NCBI RefSeq assembly: GCF_006345805.1
Contig: NW_021835924.1
Span: 1-37,365, forward strand
Origin: Octopus sinensis
Taxonomy: Eukaryota
Length of the DNA: 37,365 bases
Direction: 5' to 3'
The position numbers and the translations under genes were made by a program. This document shows positions 12,774-23,929 of this stretch, in pieces. Numbering within the stretch: the first letter of the stretch is position 1; each line of letters begins with the position of its first letter. Below the pieces are notes generated by a model, which was not told where the DNA came from, did no database searches, and was given only the letters and a program-made list of their open reading frames with translations.

Positions 12774-13103
12774 AGAAAGAGAATAGAAAGTGCCAGGTAG
12801 TAGATCTCACTGTTCCAAATGATGAGAAAGTGTATATGTGCGGTGTCGAGAAAATAACAAAGTACCAGGACCTAGCCATTGAGTTACAGAGGTTATGGAA
12901 TGTGCGAGTGAAATGTATCCCTGTAGCTATAAGTGCATTTGGAACTATTCTTAAAGATTTGAACAGATGGATAGAGGAAATAAGCATCATCTTCAGAAAA
13001 CAGTATTATTAGGGACAACTAGGATATTTAGGAAGGTTCTTGGCATCTAATATCACTTGTTGTATCACGATGTTAGTGATTTGTCCCCCACTAGCCTAAT
13101 GCG
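12225..13103 (+). mobile_element. R4/Dong-like non-LTR retrotransposon 3' fragment 1 (CCHC finger plus restriction-like endonuclease)
   Basis: Translations: TLHGRFP; LLVAAQDQALRTN; CRLHKSKKKSVTHIVSEC; KRHDNLGRIIHWELC; PDL(V)n; VDLTVPND; EKITKYQDLAIELQRLW; IPVAISAFG. It is preceded by (TAA)n at 12167-12222. Confidence 0.85.
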
Positions 13104-13120
13104 TTGTGCTTATATAAAAT

Positions 13121-13333
13121 TCTTTCCTACTCTAGGCACAAGGCCCGAAATTTTAGAGGAGGATTCCAGTCGATTAGATTGACTCCAGTGCGTAACTGGT
13201 ACTTAATTTATCGACCCAGTAAGGATGAAAGGCAAAGTCGACCTCGGCGGAATTTGAACTCAGAACGTAACGGCAGAGGGAATACTGCTAAGCATTTCGC
13301 CCGGCGTGCTAACGTTTCTGCCAGCTCGCCACC
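13121..13333 (-). mobile_element. SINE family B, full length, tail type B2, with a perfect 17-bp TSD
   Basis: The head is GGCGAGCTGGCAGAAACGTTAGCACGCCGGGCGAAATGC...GTTCTGAGTTCAAATTCC. The TSD TTGTGCTTATATAAAAT is at 13104-13120 and 13334-13350. Confidence 0.92.
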
Positions 13334-13364
13334 TTGTGCTTATATAAAATAACAACAATAATAG

Positions 13365-13655
13365 CCCCGAAAACTATTCAATAGAACTAATCTGATAAAA
13401 AGCAAAAGATCAACAAAACCCAGAAACCTAGTTAGAGAGCAAATGTAGAATCTGCAGGAAAGAAAGACGAAAATATCAATCTTCTCTTGAGTGAGTGCAG
13501 TAAACCAGTACAAAAAGATTAAAAGCACTCACATGACTGTGTAAGCAAAAGAGTGCATTAGAATGTTAGCCGAATGCGTGACTTAGAAGTAACACAGGAA
13601 AATGGTATAAACACGAACCAGAGGCTGTGATAGAGAATAAAAATTGCAAGATTGA
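13365..13655 (+). mobile_element. R4/Dong-like fragment 2 (old, degraded)
   Basis: Reconstructed across frameshifts: SKCRICRK..DENINLLLSECSK..HSHDCVSKRVH..KWYKHEPEAVIENKNCKI. Confidence 0.7.
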
Positions 13656-14029
13656 TTATTTATTTATTTATTTTGTTTCGAAAGATCTTTCTTTCAAAAA
13701 ATCTCTTCCCATAGGGCGAGTAATAAAATCATTTTATCAGTCTCTTAGGGTTCTGGTCGAATAAAGAACAATAGACGAACTTGGGAAGAACAATAGAATA
13801 AGCAAAACAAAAACAGACTTCTAATAAGGAAAACAGAGTACAAACTCAAGGGCCTTCCGAAAAACGTCCAGCTTTGATGACAATCAACAACAATAATAAT
13901 AACAATTTTTTTTCTAATTTTGACATAATTTTGAGGAGAGGGACAACGTGAGTACATCGATCCCAGTACTTGACAGGTACTTTAATAGTGATCATAACAA
14001 CAACAACCACAATAATAATAATAATTATT

Positions 14030-14060
<31 letters not shown>

Positions 14061-14104
14061 TATTATTATTATTATTATATTATTATTATTATTATTATTA
14101 TTAT

Positions 14105-14771
14105 ATACAAGTAACTGTAGAATATGTGGTGATGGAGAAGAAACAATATATCATATTGTCTCTGGCTGCCCAGTCCAGGCTAAAGAAGGAATATATTCAC
14201 AGACACGACAGAGTTGGGACCAATATACACTGGAAGCTATGCCAACACTATAGAATTACAACAGAAAAAAGGCGTAGGCACACTCCAGAAGAGCTCTCAG
14301 AAAATGACAAAGCAGCCATACTCTGGGATGTGCCGATACACACAAATAGAGAAACCAAGGTTAATGGACCGGTTATAGTTGTCAGAGATCACCAACAGAA
14401 AAAATGCCTTCTAATTGATGTATCAATACCGACAGATGACAATGTATCGCTAAAAGAAACGGAGAAACTATCAAAATACAAAGGTCTGGTAATAGAGGTA
14501 ACTTGAATTTGGCATTTAAAAATGGAAGCAATTTCTATAATAGTAGGTGTATTAGGTATGATTAGAAAACACATCCATAGAAATACACAACCAAAACACC
14601 AAATGTATATAACATACAGAAAATAGCACTACTAGGCACAGCGCATATCCTACGTAATGCACTTTCAATACAGTGAAAATAAGAGCACCCCAACAAACCA
14701 CAGCACATACCCTAGACAGACAGAGCTGTGCTAGGTAGTGTAGGGAAAGCACGTGATAAATAATAAGACTA

Positions 14772-14775
<4 letters not shown>
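14105..14775 (+). mobile_element. R4/Dong-like fragment 3 (5'-truncated, includes 3'UTR)
   Basis: CRICGDGEETIYHIVSGC; RHDRVGTNIHWKLC; ILWDVPIHT; LIDVSIPTDDNVSLKETEKLSKYKGL; stop at 14674-14676. The 3'UTR runs into (TAA)n. Confidence 0.88.
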
Positions 14776-14848
<73 letters not shown>

Positions 14849-14868
14849 TAATAATAATAATAATAATA

Positions 14869-14899
<31 letters not shown>

Positions 14900-14900
14900 T

Positions 14901-14981
<81 letters not shown>

Positions 14982-14995
14982 TAATAATATCATAA
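14776..14995. repeat. (TAA)n array
   Basis: Directly visible. Confidence 0.97.
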
Positions 14996-14997
14996 TA

Positions 14998-15150
14998 TAG
15001 GCACTGCCCACAAACTACGCAAAACACTTTCCATACAATAACCATCAGAGCATCACAACAAACCACAGCACATACCCAAGGCACACAGAGCTGAGCTCGG
15101 TAATGAAGTGAAAGCACGCTATAAAAATAAAACTATTGAATAATAATAAT
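14998..15150 (+). mobile_element. R4/Dong-like fragment 4 (3' tip only)
   Basis: Colinear with 14633-14775 (shared ACAAACCACAGCACATACC, ACAGAGCTG, GAAAGCACG) and ends in (TAA)4. Confidence 0.85.
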
Positions 15151-15830
15151 AGAAGAGTGTCAAAGGGTGGTGAACCTGAAACACGACGTAAGAAAAATTT
15201 GAAGAAAAGGATTTCGTAAAAATAGGTATGTCGAACGAGAAAGTATAACAAAAGGAAAGTGCTCGGTCCTAAACCATGTTACGTATGTGGAGGCCTACAT
15301 TTCAGAAAAGATTGTCCTTTTAAGAACCAAAAATGTTACAGTTGTCACACTGCAGAACAAAATGACGTTGGCCAAATGTAAAAAATTCTAAAGTGCTCTC
15401 AGCAGAAAGTATAATCGATTCCCAAATAAGGAAATTTGTACACATAAAAGTAAACGGCGTAAATACTAAATTACAACTGGACACTGGTAGTGACATTTCA
15501 ATCATTAACAGCGACACGTGAACAGTTAACGTGGAAGAAAATAGGGAAACCTATGTTAAGAAAAACAGCGAAAACTGCACGTGGCGTGACAGGTGACAAA
15601 CAACACTTTGTAGGTGAAATGTGGAATGATGTCACATCTCAAGGAAGAACTTGCAAGGCGAAAGTTTTCGTCTTAAAGAATGCAATCAATCTGTTTGGTA
15701 CCGACTGGTTGGAGAACCTTGACTTTTGGGATCTCCCAATAAACCGGTGCTGCAAAAAAGAAAAAAAAATTAAATGATTGCCCCACCAGTGAAAAGAACT
15801 CAACGGCTGAATTGAAGAAAAAATTAATTA
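15151..15830 (+). pseudogene. Ty3/gypsy LTR retrotransposon remnant: gag C-terminus with zinc knuckle plus aspartic protease
   Basis: EECQRVVNLKHDV; KPCYVCGGLHFRKDC (CX2CX4HX4C); VNGVNTKLQLDTGSDISII; NLFGTDWL. Confidence 0.85.
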
Positions 15831-16300
15831 AAAACGTTATGTGTAACTTTTTTTTTATTGTCTGGGAAGAGCCATTCTCTTTATAGTGCCTTATTAATTT
15901 AACACACGCACTGGTCTGATTTCCACTCATTTACTTATTATTTTTACGAAAAGTTTTCGTTGCATCTTGCAACTTTTCAATAATCGTTGACTCTGACCGT
16001 TATCGGAACTGCGTTATGGGTAACGTTATTCACGAACTACTAGTGACAGCGCTTGATATAAGCATGAAATGAGGGCGGCGAGCAGGCAGAAACGTTAGCA
16101 CGCCGGGCGAAATGCGTAACCGTATTTCGTCTGCCGCACATGTGTTCGTGAAGTAAGAATTGCTGTTTCGTGGTGTTAATATTGTTAACAACTGTTGTTT
16201 CTTGTTAAACTGTTGAATAACTTAACTGTTGGAGTTTTCAATTGAAAACACTTAGTGCTTGTGGTAGCACGCGTTGTTCATTCCCCCTTTGGGGGGAAGA

Positions 16301-17846
16301 ATGTCGTCTAGCATGGAGCCTACCGTTGGAGCAGAAATACTTGTTTCTCCTGTTGAGAGGAGGAAATACATGTCCGGCGAGGAGCCAACTACAGACAAGG
16401 AAATAGGGGTTTCCCCCGCTACAAGAAGGAATAGCAGAGAGGATAATATATTTGATATTTTTGGAGATGTGTCTGAGAGCTCGTCAGAACTTTCACCAGA
16501 AGAGTTTCCGACTTTGCCAGAGAACAAAGGCATTGTGTCGAAGAGAATAATTGATGTGCCTAGCATCCAGATAGAACCAAAAAATGGAAAAAAAAGTTTT
16601 GCGTTGGCTGCTGGGGGTGGAACCCAGATACTGTCGACGAATAAAAGCGAAATTATGAAATACAGCAAAATGATGGAAATAACTGACAACGGTGTGAAAA
16701 TTGAACCTCCGCAAAAGTTATTACAGGAAGAAAAGCAAAAAACAATAATTTTCAAAACATATTGTCTACATATTGTCTACAAAAAAGAAAAATTGAAAGA
16801 ATGTCAGAAGAGAAAATAGAAAAGTGCTTAAAGCCAATATTGGGCGACGTAGTATTTCTGAGAAGAGGAAAAAAATTCGGAACGGTGGAAGTAAGGTTCA
16901 CCAATAAAGAAATAGCACACAAGAACTCAGTTGAAACGTTGAAAACGAACGACGTGGAGTTAATCCCCTATTATATGGGGATGAGGACGTCGCGAATAAA
17001 AATTACAAGGGTCCCGCCAGAGGTCGAACCTATGTGGTTGTTGGCGGCAGTCCTAATCAAAGAGGTAGAAAAAATTACTCTCCTCCAGGCTACCGCTACG
17101 GAAAACCCACGCTGGGATGGTCAAACAATTAATCTTCTCATTCAAGCGGACCCTAAAATAATTCAAACAATTCCTGAGACAATTGAGGTAGGGGAGGAGA
17201 ACCTCGTGGTGTTTGTTGAGGGCCGAGAACCTCGATGTTTTTTATGTGGTCAATTAGGCCACATTCGAAGGAACTGCAAGGAAAATGAAGAAGAGGAGGA
17301 AGAGGAGAAAAAAGACAAAGAGGAAGAAGATAAAGAAGAAACAGATGAGAAAAAAACAACAAACAAAAGAAAAATACAACCAGCAACCCAGCCTAGAGCG
17401 GCGACTACTACAGAACAACGACCAAAAAAGACTGCCAGAAGAGAAAAAGAAGAAAAAGGCATAATAGCCGTATACACTAAAGATACTGAGCTCATGAGAG
17501 ACATTCAACTCATAAAGACTGTAAAAAAATTGATAACCTTTCAGAGGAATTTATCAATTACGACATATATGAAGTCTCAAATAAGACTTATAGAATTCTA
17601 CAAAATAAGTACAGAAAGACTGTATCTTCATTGAGATTAGATTTTAACAAGTCGATATTTCAGGGATTACCAGCTCCGATCCCGCGAGAAAAGGAAAAGG
17701 TGGAGATTCCCCCTCCACCTGATAATTCTGTGTCGGTGGTGAGACGGGATTTTGACAAATCTATTTCCCAAGACCGTCCACCTCCGACCCTGGATCAAAA
17801 AAGGTGGAGGGTCCCCCTCCACCGGACAATCCTAATTAAACAGTAA
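16301..17846 (+). pseudogene. LINE ORF1 (gag-like; RRM-like segment and CCHC knuckle)
   Basis: MSSSMEPTV...; removing an 11-bp tandem duplication (ACATATTGTCT, 16757-16778) joins the 181-aa and 290-aa ORFs. It contains FGTVEVRF, IKITRVPP and CFLCGQLGHIRRNC. Confidence 0.85.
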
Positions 17847-17849
17847 GTG

Positions 17850-20800
17850 ATGGCTATTCACATTGGTTGTTTAAATGTTCATGGCCTGTTGTCAAGCTGG
17901 AAGCAAGGACGCTTTCTGAATGACATCAGGTCGAGAAATTTGGATGTAATTGTTGCAACGGAAACCCGGTGTGAAGGGGCCAAGAGATCTGCTCCCCCTC
18001 CTGAACGGCTACGTAAATACGTTTCTCCGAGTCGGGCGGGAGGTGGTGGTGTTGGTCCTACTAAAAAGAAACCGGGTAGCCGAGAAAAATTTGGTTTTTT
18101 CTGACCCAGAAGGCAGGCTGGTCCGTTCTCGACTTGACATTCAGTTGTGGCAAGACAATCAGGCTGGTCGCTATTTACGCACCAAACATTATTGGCCCGC
18201 AAACTGAATATTTTCGTGGCCTAGGAAAGTTCCTAGCCACGTCGCATTCACTAGTAGTGTTAGGAGACTCTAATACAATATGTGCAGCACACACAGTTTG
18301 TGTTGGCTCAACTCGAACATGAACAGAAAATGTAACCCAGGCTTTCGGGATCTGCTAAGTCAATTTCAGCTAGCAGATCCATATAGGTTGGAGCACCCGA
18401 ACACTCCACAGTGGACGTGGTCAAATAGTGACGGGTCTACCAGAACATATCTAGATAGGATTTTATTAGAGAAAAAGATAAGTCCATAGTTGAGTGTCCA
18501 CAGTTTTTTTCTAGTCAGCTACAGTGACCACAAGATGGTTACCTGTAAACTGACGGTAGATAAGTTGCATAGACAGGGATCTGGCTACTGGAACTCAATA
18601 CGTCCCTTTTGGCGATTGAGGAGTACAGAAAGCGGATCAAGATGTTAATACAGAGGGCATTAACAGGTACCATCATTAATAACAAATGGTGGTACGCCCT
18701 AAAAAGAGCCATCAAATATGAGTCTATTAGGTTTAGCATAAGTTTAGCTAAGAAGGGACGTAAAATAGGAGATGGTCTAGTTAAGGAACTAGAAGAAGCC
18801 TGGAGGACTGGTAATACAGACCAAGCGAGGTGAAAAGACTGGAGTTAAACCAGCATCTTGAAGCCCACCACATGGGAAGTATTACCAGAGCTAAGTTACG
18901 TGCAATGGAGTGAAGGAATCAAAGCCGCGGATGGGCCCGAGTGGTGGAAGCTCGGCAAGGAAATAGTTCCTCTATTCGGTCTTTGACGAATCAAAATGGT
19001 GTCTTGATAAACGAACCCGAGAAAATGTGTGAGGTCTTTCGGGAGTACTACTTCCCCAGCTGTTTCGGGGTGACGGCGGTCCTGGTGGTGGGAGAGCCCT
19101 CGAGGACTTTCTTACCGGGCTGTCGTGCCTCTCGGGGGGGTCGGATGCGGAGTCTTGCGAAGGGCCAATCACACCTGAGGAGGTGATGGAGGCTTTGGCC
19201 GATTGTAAAGCGGGTAAGTCCCGGGACTTGATGGTCTTCCCCGTACGAGCTGTATAAATGTATGCCAGACTTGTTCGGGCAACTACTGACTGACGTGTAC
19301 GCGAACTGGAAACAGAATGGGTTTATCCCCAGATCTGTGCGCCGGGGAGTAGTGACGTTGGTCAGAAGGACCCGGACAAGGGGGACGTTCTAGAGAATTT
19401 CAGGCCCATCACTCTGTTAAACGCAGAAGTGAAGATTTTGGCCAAGGTTCTAGCAAAAAGGTTGGCGCGTGTCGCGAATGGTTATAGTCGGGGAGGCATA
19501 GACATGTGCCATCCAGGCAGAACCATTCAGGATACCCTCCATCTTATTCGCTATACCATAGAGAGGTTTGGTAATAAATCTGGCAAAGGTGGGGCATTGG
19601 TGCATTTGGACCAGTCTAAAGCTTTTGATAGGGTTGACCATCGATACCTAGCGCTGACTTTACTTGCGCGGTTTGGCCTGGCCTTGGCTTCCTCAGGTGG
19701 TTTATATCGCTTTGTACCACAACATTGACTCGATAGTTCGGGTGAACGGTTTCCTTTCGAAGCCGTTCTGCATCAGACGCTCGGTTCGTCAAGGATGTCC
19801 GCTTTCACCACTTTTGTATGTGATGGCTCTCGAGCCATTACTGCAAAGGTTGAGTGGCATCCCGAGAGAACCAGGACTAGAGGATTTGTTACGGCTTTCG
19901 CGGATGATATCACTATCAGTGTAACCACAGTGGCACCCTACTTGAAGTAGGTAAGACTATTGAGGCTTACGAGGAGGTAGCAGGAGCAAAGATTAACCGG
20001 GAAAAGTCGGTCGCTTGCAGCTCGGCACCTGGGTTGGCAAGTCGAAGCCTTCAGACAGTGTTGTTAGGCGCTGGACGGAGGGACCGGTTAAGTTGCTGGG
20101 AGTCTGGTTTGGACCAGGCCTCCAGATAGAGAAGAACTGGACGGAGGTATTGAGCAGGGTGGCTGCAGTAGTCAAGACCTGGTCTTGGCGGTGGCTATCC
20201 CTGAAAGGGAGGGCGAAGTAGCCAATGTGTTTATCGCATCGGTCATTACCTACCGCCTGACCTCGTGCCCTGTCCGGATTCGTGTTGATCAGGTTGGAGA
20301 CAGCTCTTTCGCTTTTTGTGGAAGGGCAGGTCGCCACTTGTGAAACGCTCTGTCTGCTGTCAAAAGCCTTTAAATGGAGGTTTAGGGATGCCTTGGTTAA
20401 TGATGCGCAGACATGCGTTGAGGTTGAGGCACCTCTGGATTCTCCTGGATAGTGAACGGGTGTGGTCTCCGCTGGCCAGACAAATGTTCCCTGAGTTCAA
20501 GAGCTTTTGCGAACAGGAAGCCTGGTGTTCTCGTAGACCGAGGTCGAGTGAGTGGCTAAAAGTTGCCGTAAGGCCCTCTTGCTGTTCCGGCGCTCGGCAA
20601 CGCCAGCGGTGGAGGTTCCACACGGATTTTTATAGTGGGTTGGTAGAGTCTGAATGCGACGATGGCCTGGGGTCGACTCTAGGTCTCGGATTTATTCAAC
20701 TGGACAGCTTGTTTCATCATCGTACATTCGGGTTGAGAACGTTGGACAACTTCCAAAAGTCCTTAACCTGACAATGCTACAGAGGTGCCTTGCCCGTTTG

Positions 20801-21240
20801 GGATAAGCTCGCAAGACATGGTAAACGTCAGTCGCCGACCTGTCCAAGATGCGGGGGGGACAGGGAAACCGTCCCTCACGCTATTGTTCAGTGTCCGGAG
20901 ATAACTGAAATGTGGGCTTTGCTGAACATCTGTTATCCGGCGAAGAAGAGTAGGACTGTCGACTGAGTCAATTATAAAATTTGACCCACCGGGAGTTCTA
21001 ACGACGAAGGTAAGAATTGTTTTCTCACGGTTGTAGCAATAGCAAAAGAGGCTGTATGGAAGACTAGGATAAAAGGAATTAAACAGGCCACAACTTTATC
21101 TCTGGTGACAATTACGATCCTTTTTTTCTTTTCATTTGAAAAGGAAACTGTGGCTGGAGAAGAGGTGTCTGTCAGAGTGTACGTTCCAAAAGAGATGGAA
21201 GTATGTTGCACGAGTGTTGTGCGTGCAAGGAACCGTGTGA
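17850..21240 (+). pseudogene. LINE ORF2 (APE endonuclease, reverse transcriptase, C-terminal Zn finger), more than 10 frameshifts
   Basis: MAIHIGCLNVHGL, DVIVATET, YLDRIL, SDHKMV; NFRPITLLNAEVKILAKVLAKRL, LDQSKAFDRVDH, VRQGCPLSPLLY, AFADDIT, KLLGVWF; WKGRSPLVKR..GGLGMP; CPRCGGDRETVPHAIVQC; FQKRW near the stop. Confidence 0.92.
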
Positions 21241-21682
21241 ATAGAAGAAAAAAAAAAAAAAAGAAAAATAAAAAGGTATCAGCGGTAGATCGGGGCTTGT
21301 GGGATCGGAGCGTAACTTGATCATCGCTTCATTTGTATTGTTTTTGTACTGTGTATTCCATTCGATTTTTATGTATTGTATTTTATTTTTGATGTCACAT
21401 TTATGTAAAATCATATCGATTCACTGATCCCATCAGTTGTACTGTCCATATCTATGTTTGGCTCCCGGTGGGCAATAAAGAAATTCGTATTTCGTCTGCC
21501 GTTACGTTCTGAGTTCAAATTCCGCCGAGGTCGACTTTGCCTTTCATCCTTTCGGGGTCGATAATAAGTACCAGTTACGCACTGGAGTCGATGTAATCGA
21601 CTTAATCCGTTTGTTTGTCTTTGTTTGTCCCCTCTGTGTTTAACCCCTTGTGGGTAATAAAAAACATATATAAGCATGAAAT

Positions 21683-22030
21683 CCGCAGAGCATAATTGCA
21701 TAAGAATGAAAGAAATGTTGAAAATTAAGCAAAATAAAAATGCAAGTTCGAATAATTTTTCACAATGCGATTATATTTTAATGTACGCACTAAGATTGGT
21801 AGTACCAACTGCACTACAGAAATGAGTATTGCAGGAATTCCACAGTGGGCACCTGAGAATGTCGAGAAAGCAAGCCTTAATGAGGAGCAACCACCCGAGG
21901 TCAAACGGGCAGGTAGAAAGATTCGTTGATACTTTCAAGCGAGCGTTAAAAAAGGCAAGGAATGATGTCGGAATTGGTGAAAAGCTAACGAAATTCTTGA
22001 GGATATATAGAGTAACACCCGATCCGAATA
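21683..22030 (+). pseudogene. Ty3/gypsy integrase remnant (continues 15990-16070 once the SINE and LINE are removed)
   Basis: The reconstituted frame is NVIHELLVTALDISMK|SAEHNCIRMKEMLKIKQN..., followed by CDYILMYALRLVVP..VLQEFHSGHLRMSRKQALMRS and HPRSNGQVERFVDTFKRAL..FLRIYRVTP. RT/RNase H and the integrase DD core are missing. Confidence 0.85.
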
Positions 22031-22044
22031 TCAGTTCAGTATGT

Positions 22045-22375
22045 CCCTTGATGGTTGAGGATATGTGCATCTCTGATCACATGCAGGAGTAGTGGGAGAG
22101 TACCATAGCCATGTGTTGAGAGGGATTCTTTGGAGTTTGGATAATTCACTCTTGGAATCGTAAGCGCTTCGTTCATCGTCCTTAAACAATCCTTACTCAG
22201 AGATCTTTCAAGCGGGATGGGCTACTCAAACTGAAGAAATTCTTAACTGGGGCCCCACCTGCAATGTCATGCGCTGTTTATCCTGATATAAGATCACAAT
22301 ATAGCGCGCTTATGGTTGTGATGCATTTACCTGATGTACGTTCACGAGACGGATTGTAATGATGGGCGTGTTGAA
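22045..22375 (+). mobile_element. Probable retroposon 3' fragment ending in a simple repeat
   Basis: Non-coding complex sequence running into (GAA)n. Recognition is from recall only, with no second copy in the window. Confidence 0.3.
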
Positions 22376-22379
22376 TTTC

Positions 22380-22447
22380 GTAGAAGAAGAAGAAGAAGAA
22401 GAAGAAGAAGAAGAAGAAGAAGAAGAAGAAGAAGAAGAGAAGAAGAA

Positions 22448-22494
<47 letters not shown>

Positions 22495-22522
22495 AGAAGA
22501 AGAAGAAGAAGAAGAAAAAAAA
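22380..22522. repeat. (GAA)n array
   Basis: Directly visible. Confidence 0.97.
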
Positions 22523-22784
22523 AAGATTTTCACTTCATCATTGTTGATACATAAGAAAACGTGTTTAGAAGGCGTTCCCAGAATAGGTGGGAATATACAT
22601 ACAATTATGTAAAGACGAGAGTGGCGGAGTTTATACAGCAGACACGATCTAATATATCAAGATGTAATACATTTTTAGTTATGCACGCATACACACGTGA
22701 GCGAACACACACACACACTCTCTCGCTCTCTCTTTCTCTACGAATAAGAAATTAAATATCTATCTCTTTCTCATTCTCTCTCTT

Positions 22785-22861
<77 letters not shown>

Positions 22862-23022
22862 GTGTGTGTGTGTATATATATACATATATACACACATGCA
22901 TACATACATACGTACAAACATACTTACATACATACATACATATAATACATAAACACACCACACATATAATATATATAATATATATAATATAATATAATAT
23001 TATATATATATAATTTATATAT

Positions 23023-23057
<35 letters not shown>

Positions 23058-23072
23058 CATATTATATTATAT

Positions 23073-23143
<71 letters not shown>

Positions 23144-23146
<3 letters not shown>

Positions 23147-23627
23147 GGTGGACAATAATGATGGGACACATTTTATATGCTCGTATCTTGAATTATAAAA
23201 ATGACTGACACAGGGTACCAAATCTATTTATTTCGTAACTGATATACAGGACTTCAACGTATCACGTAACATATCACGTGACCCGCATAATGTCGTGGAG
23301 TCCAAAAGAAAATATATTTCACCAACCAAAGATCCATCGTTGCAGCCCAAAGAAAATTCCGACACCATGGTGGAAAGCAACAGTCACCGTCCCGAGAGGT
23401 GATCCTGCGTGCTGTTACAAACTTCGGTGAGACAGGCGATACCGAGAAAGAAATATCCCCGGATCGACCATGAGATTCTCGTCGTGCAGAGAACTGCCAA
23501 AGTGTGGGGAACTCAATGGAACAAAGTCCCCCGATGTCCGCGCGCTGATTGGCTCAACAGGTAAATACTTCGCGAACCAGTCTCTGAAGAATTTTAAAAC
23601 AAGGCCTACACTTGTATCCATATAAGG
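23144..23627 (+). mobile_element. Tc1/mariner-superfamily DNA transposon, 5' fragment
   Basis: TA followed by a CAGGGTGGAC terminus. The decayed transposase N-terminus from 23290 reads MSWSPKENIF..SIVAAQRKFR..PSREVILRAVTNFGETG..QSPPMSAR*LAQQV..RILKQGLHLYPYK. Confidence 0.7.
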
Positions 23628-23929
23628 TACAGCTAGTGCAGCAAAAGCTTCTGTCAGATACGGTGTAAAGAAAGACTTTTGGTGGTTGGTTTGTCAATGT
23701 GTGCAAGGAGGAAGAGGATTTTTATCCATCTCTTGATCACATCAGATGAAGCTCATTAACCTTTCTGATTGAAAGAGACACAGTGAAGTGAAAGAGGAGG
23801 GAAAGTGAGCATGAAAGGCTGATAGAAAGAAGGAAAGAATGAATACAAAGAACAACAGAGTCGCACAAAATTTAGATATATATATACTTACATATAAGAA
23901 ACCAAAGTGTACGTACGCCGCTATGTTTT

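Larger units (their letters stand above)
16137..21485 (+). mobile_element. Full-length Tx1/L1-clade non-LTR retrotransposon (two ORFs, frameshifted)
   Basis: It has a 5'UTR, ORF1, ORF2 (APE-RT-CCHC) and a 3'UTR ending GGGCAATAAAGAAATT. The perfect 16-bp TSD CGTATTTCGTCTGCCG is at 16121-16136 and 21486-21501. Confidence 0.93.
16071..21667 (+). mobile_element. SINE family B (tail type B1) split by a LINE; SINE parts are 16071-16136 and 21502-21667
   Basis: The head resumes exactly after the LINE (TTACGTTCTGAGTTCAAATTCCGCCG). The 15-bp TSD ATATAAGCATGAAAT is at 16056-16070 and 21668-21682. Confidence 0.93.

Noticed and set aside
15838-15985. Segment between the gypsy protease and the RNase H/integrase linker
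   Set aside because: It has no gypsy coding signal. It is probably a separate repeat fragment, but I cannot classify it from this window.
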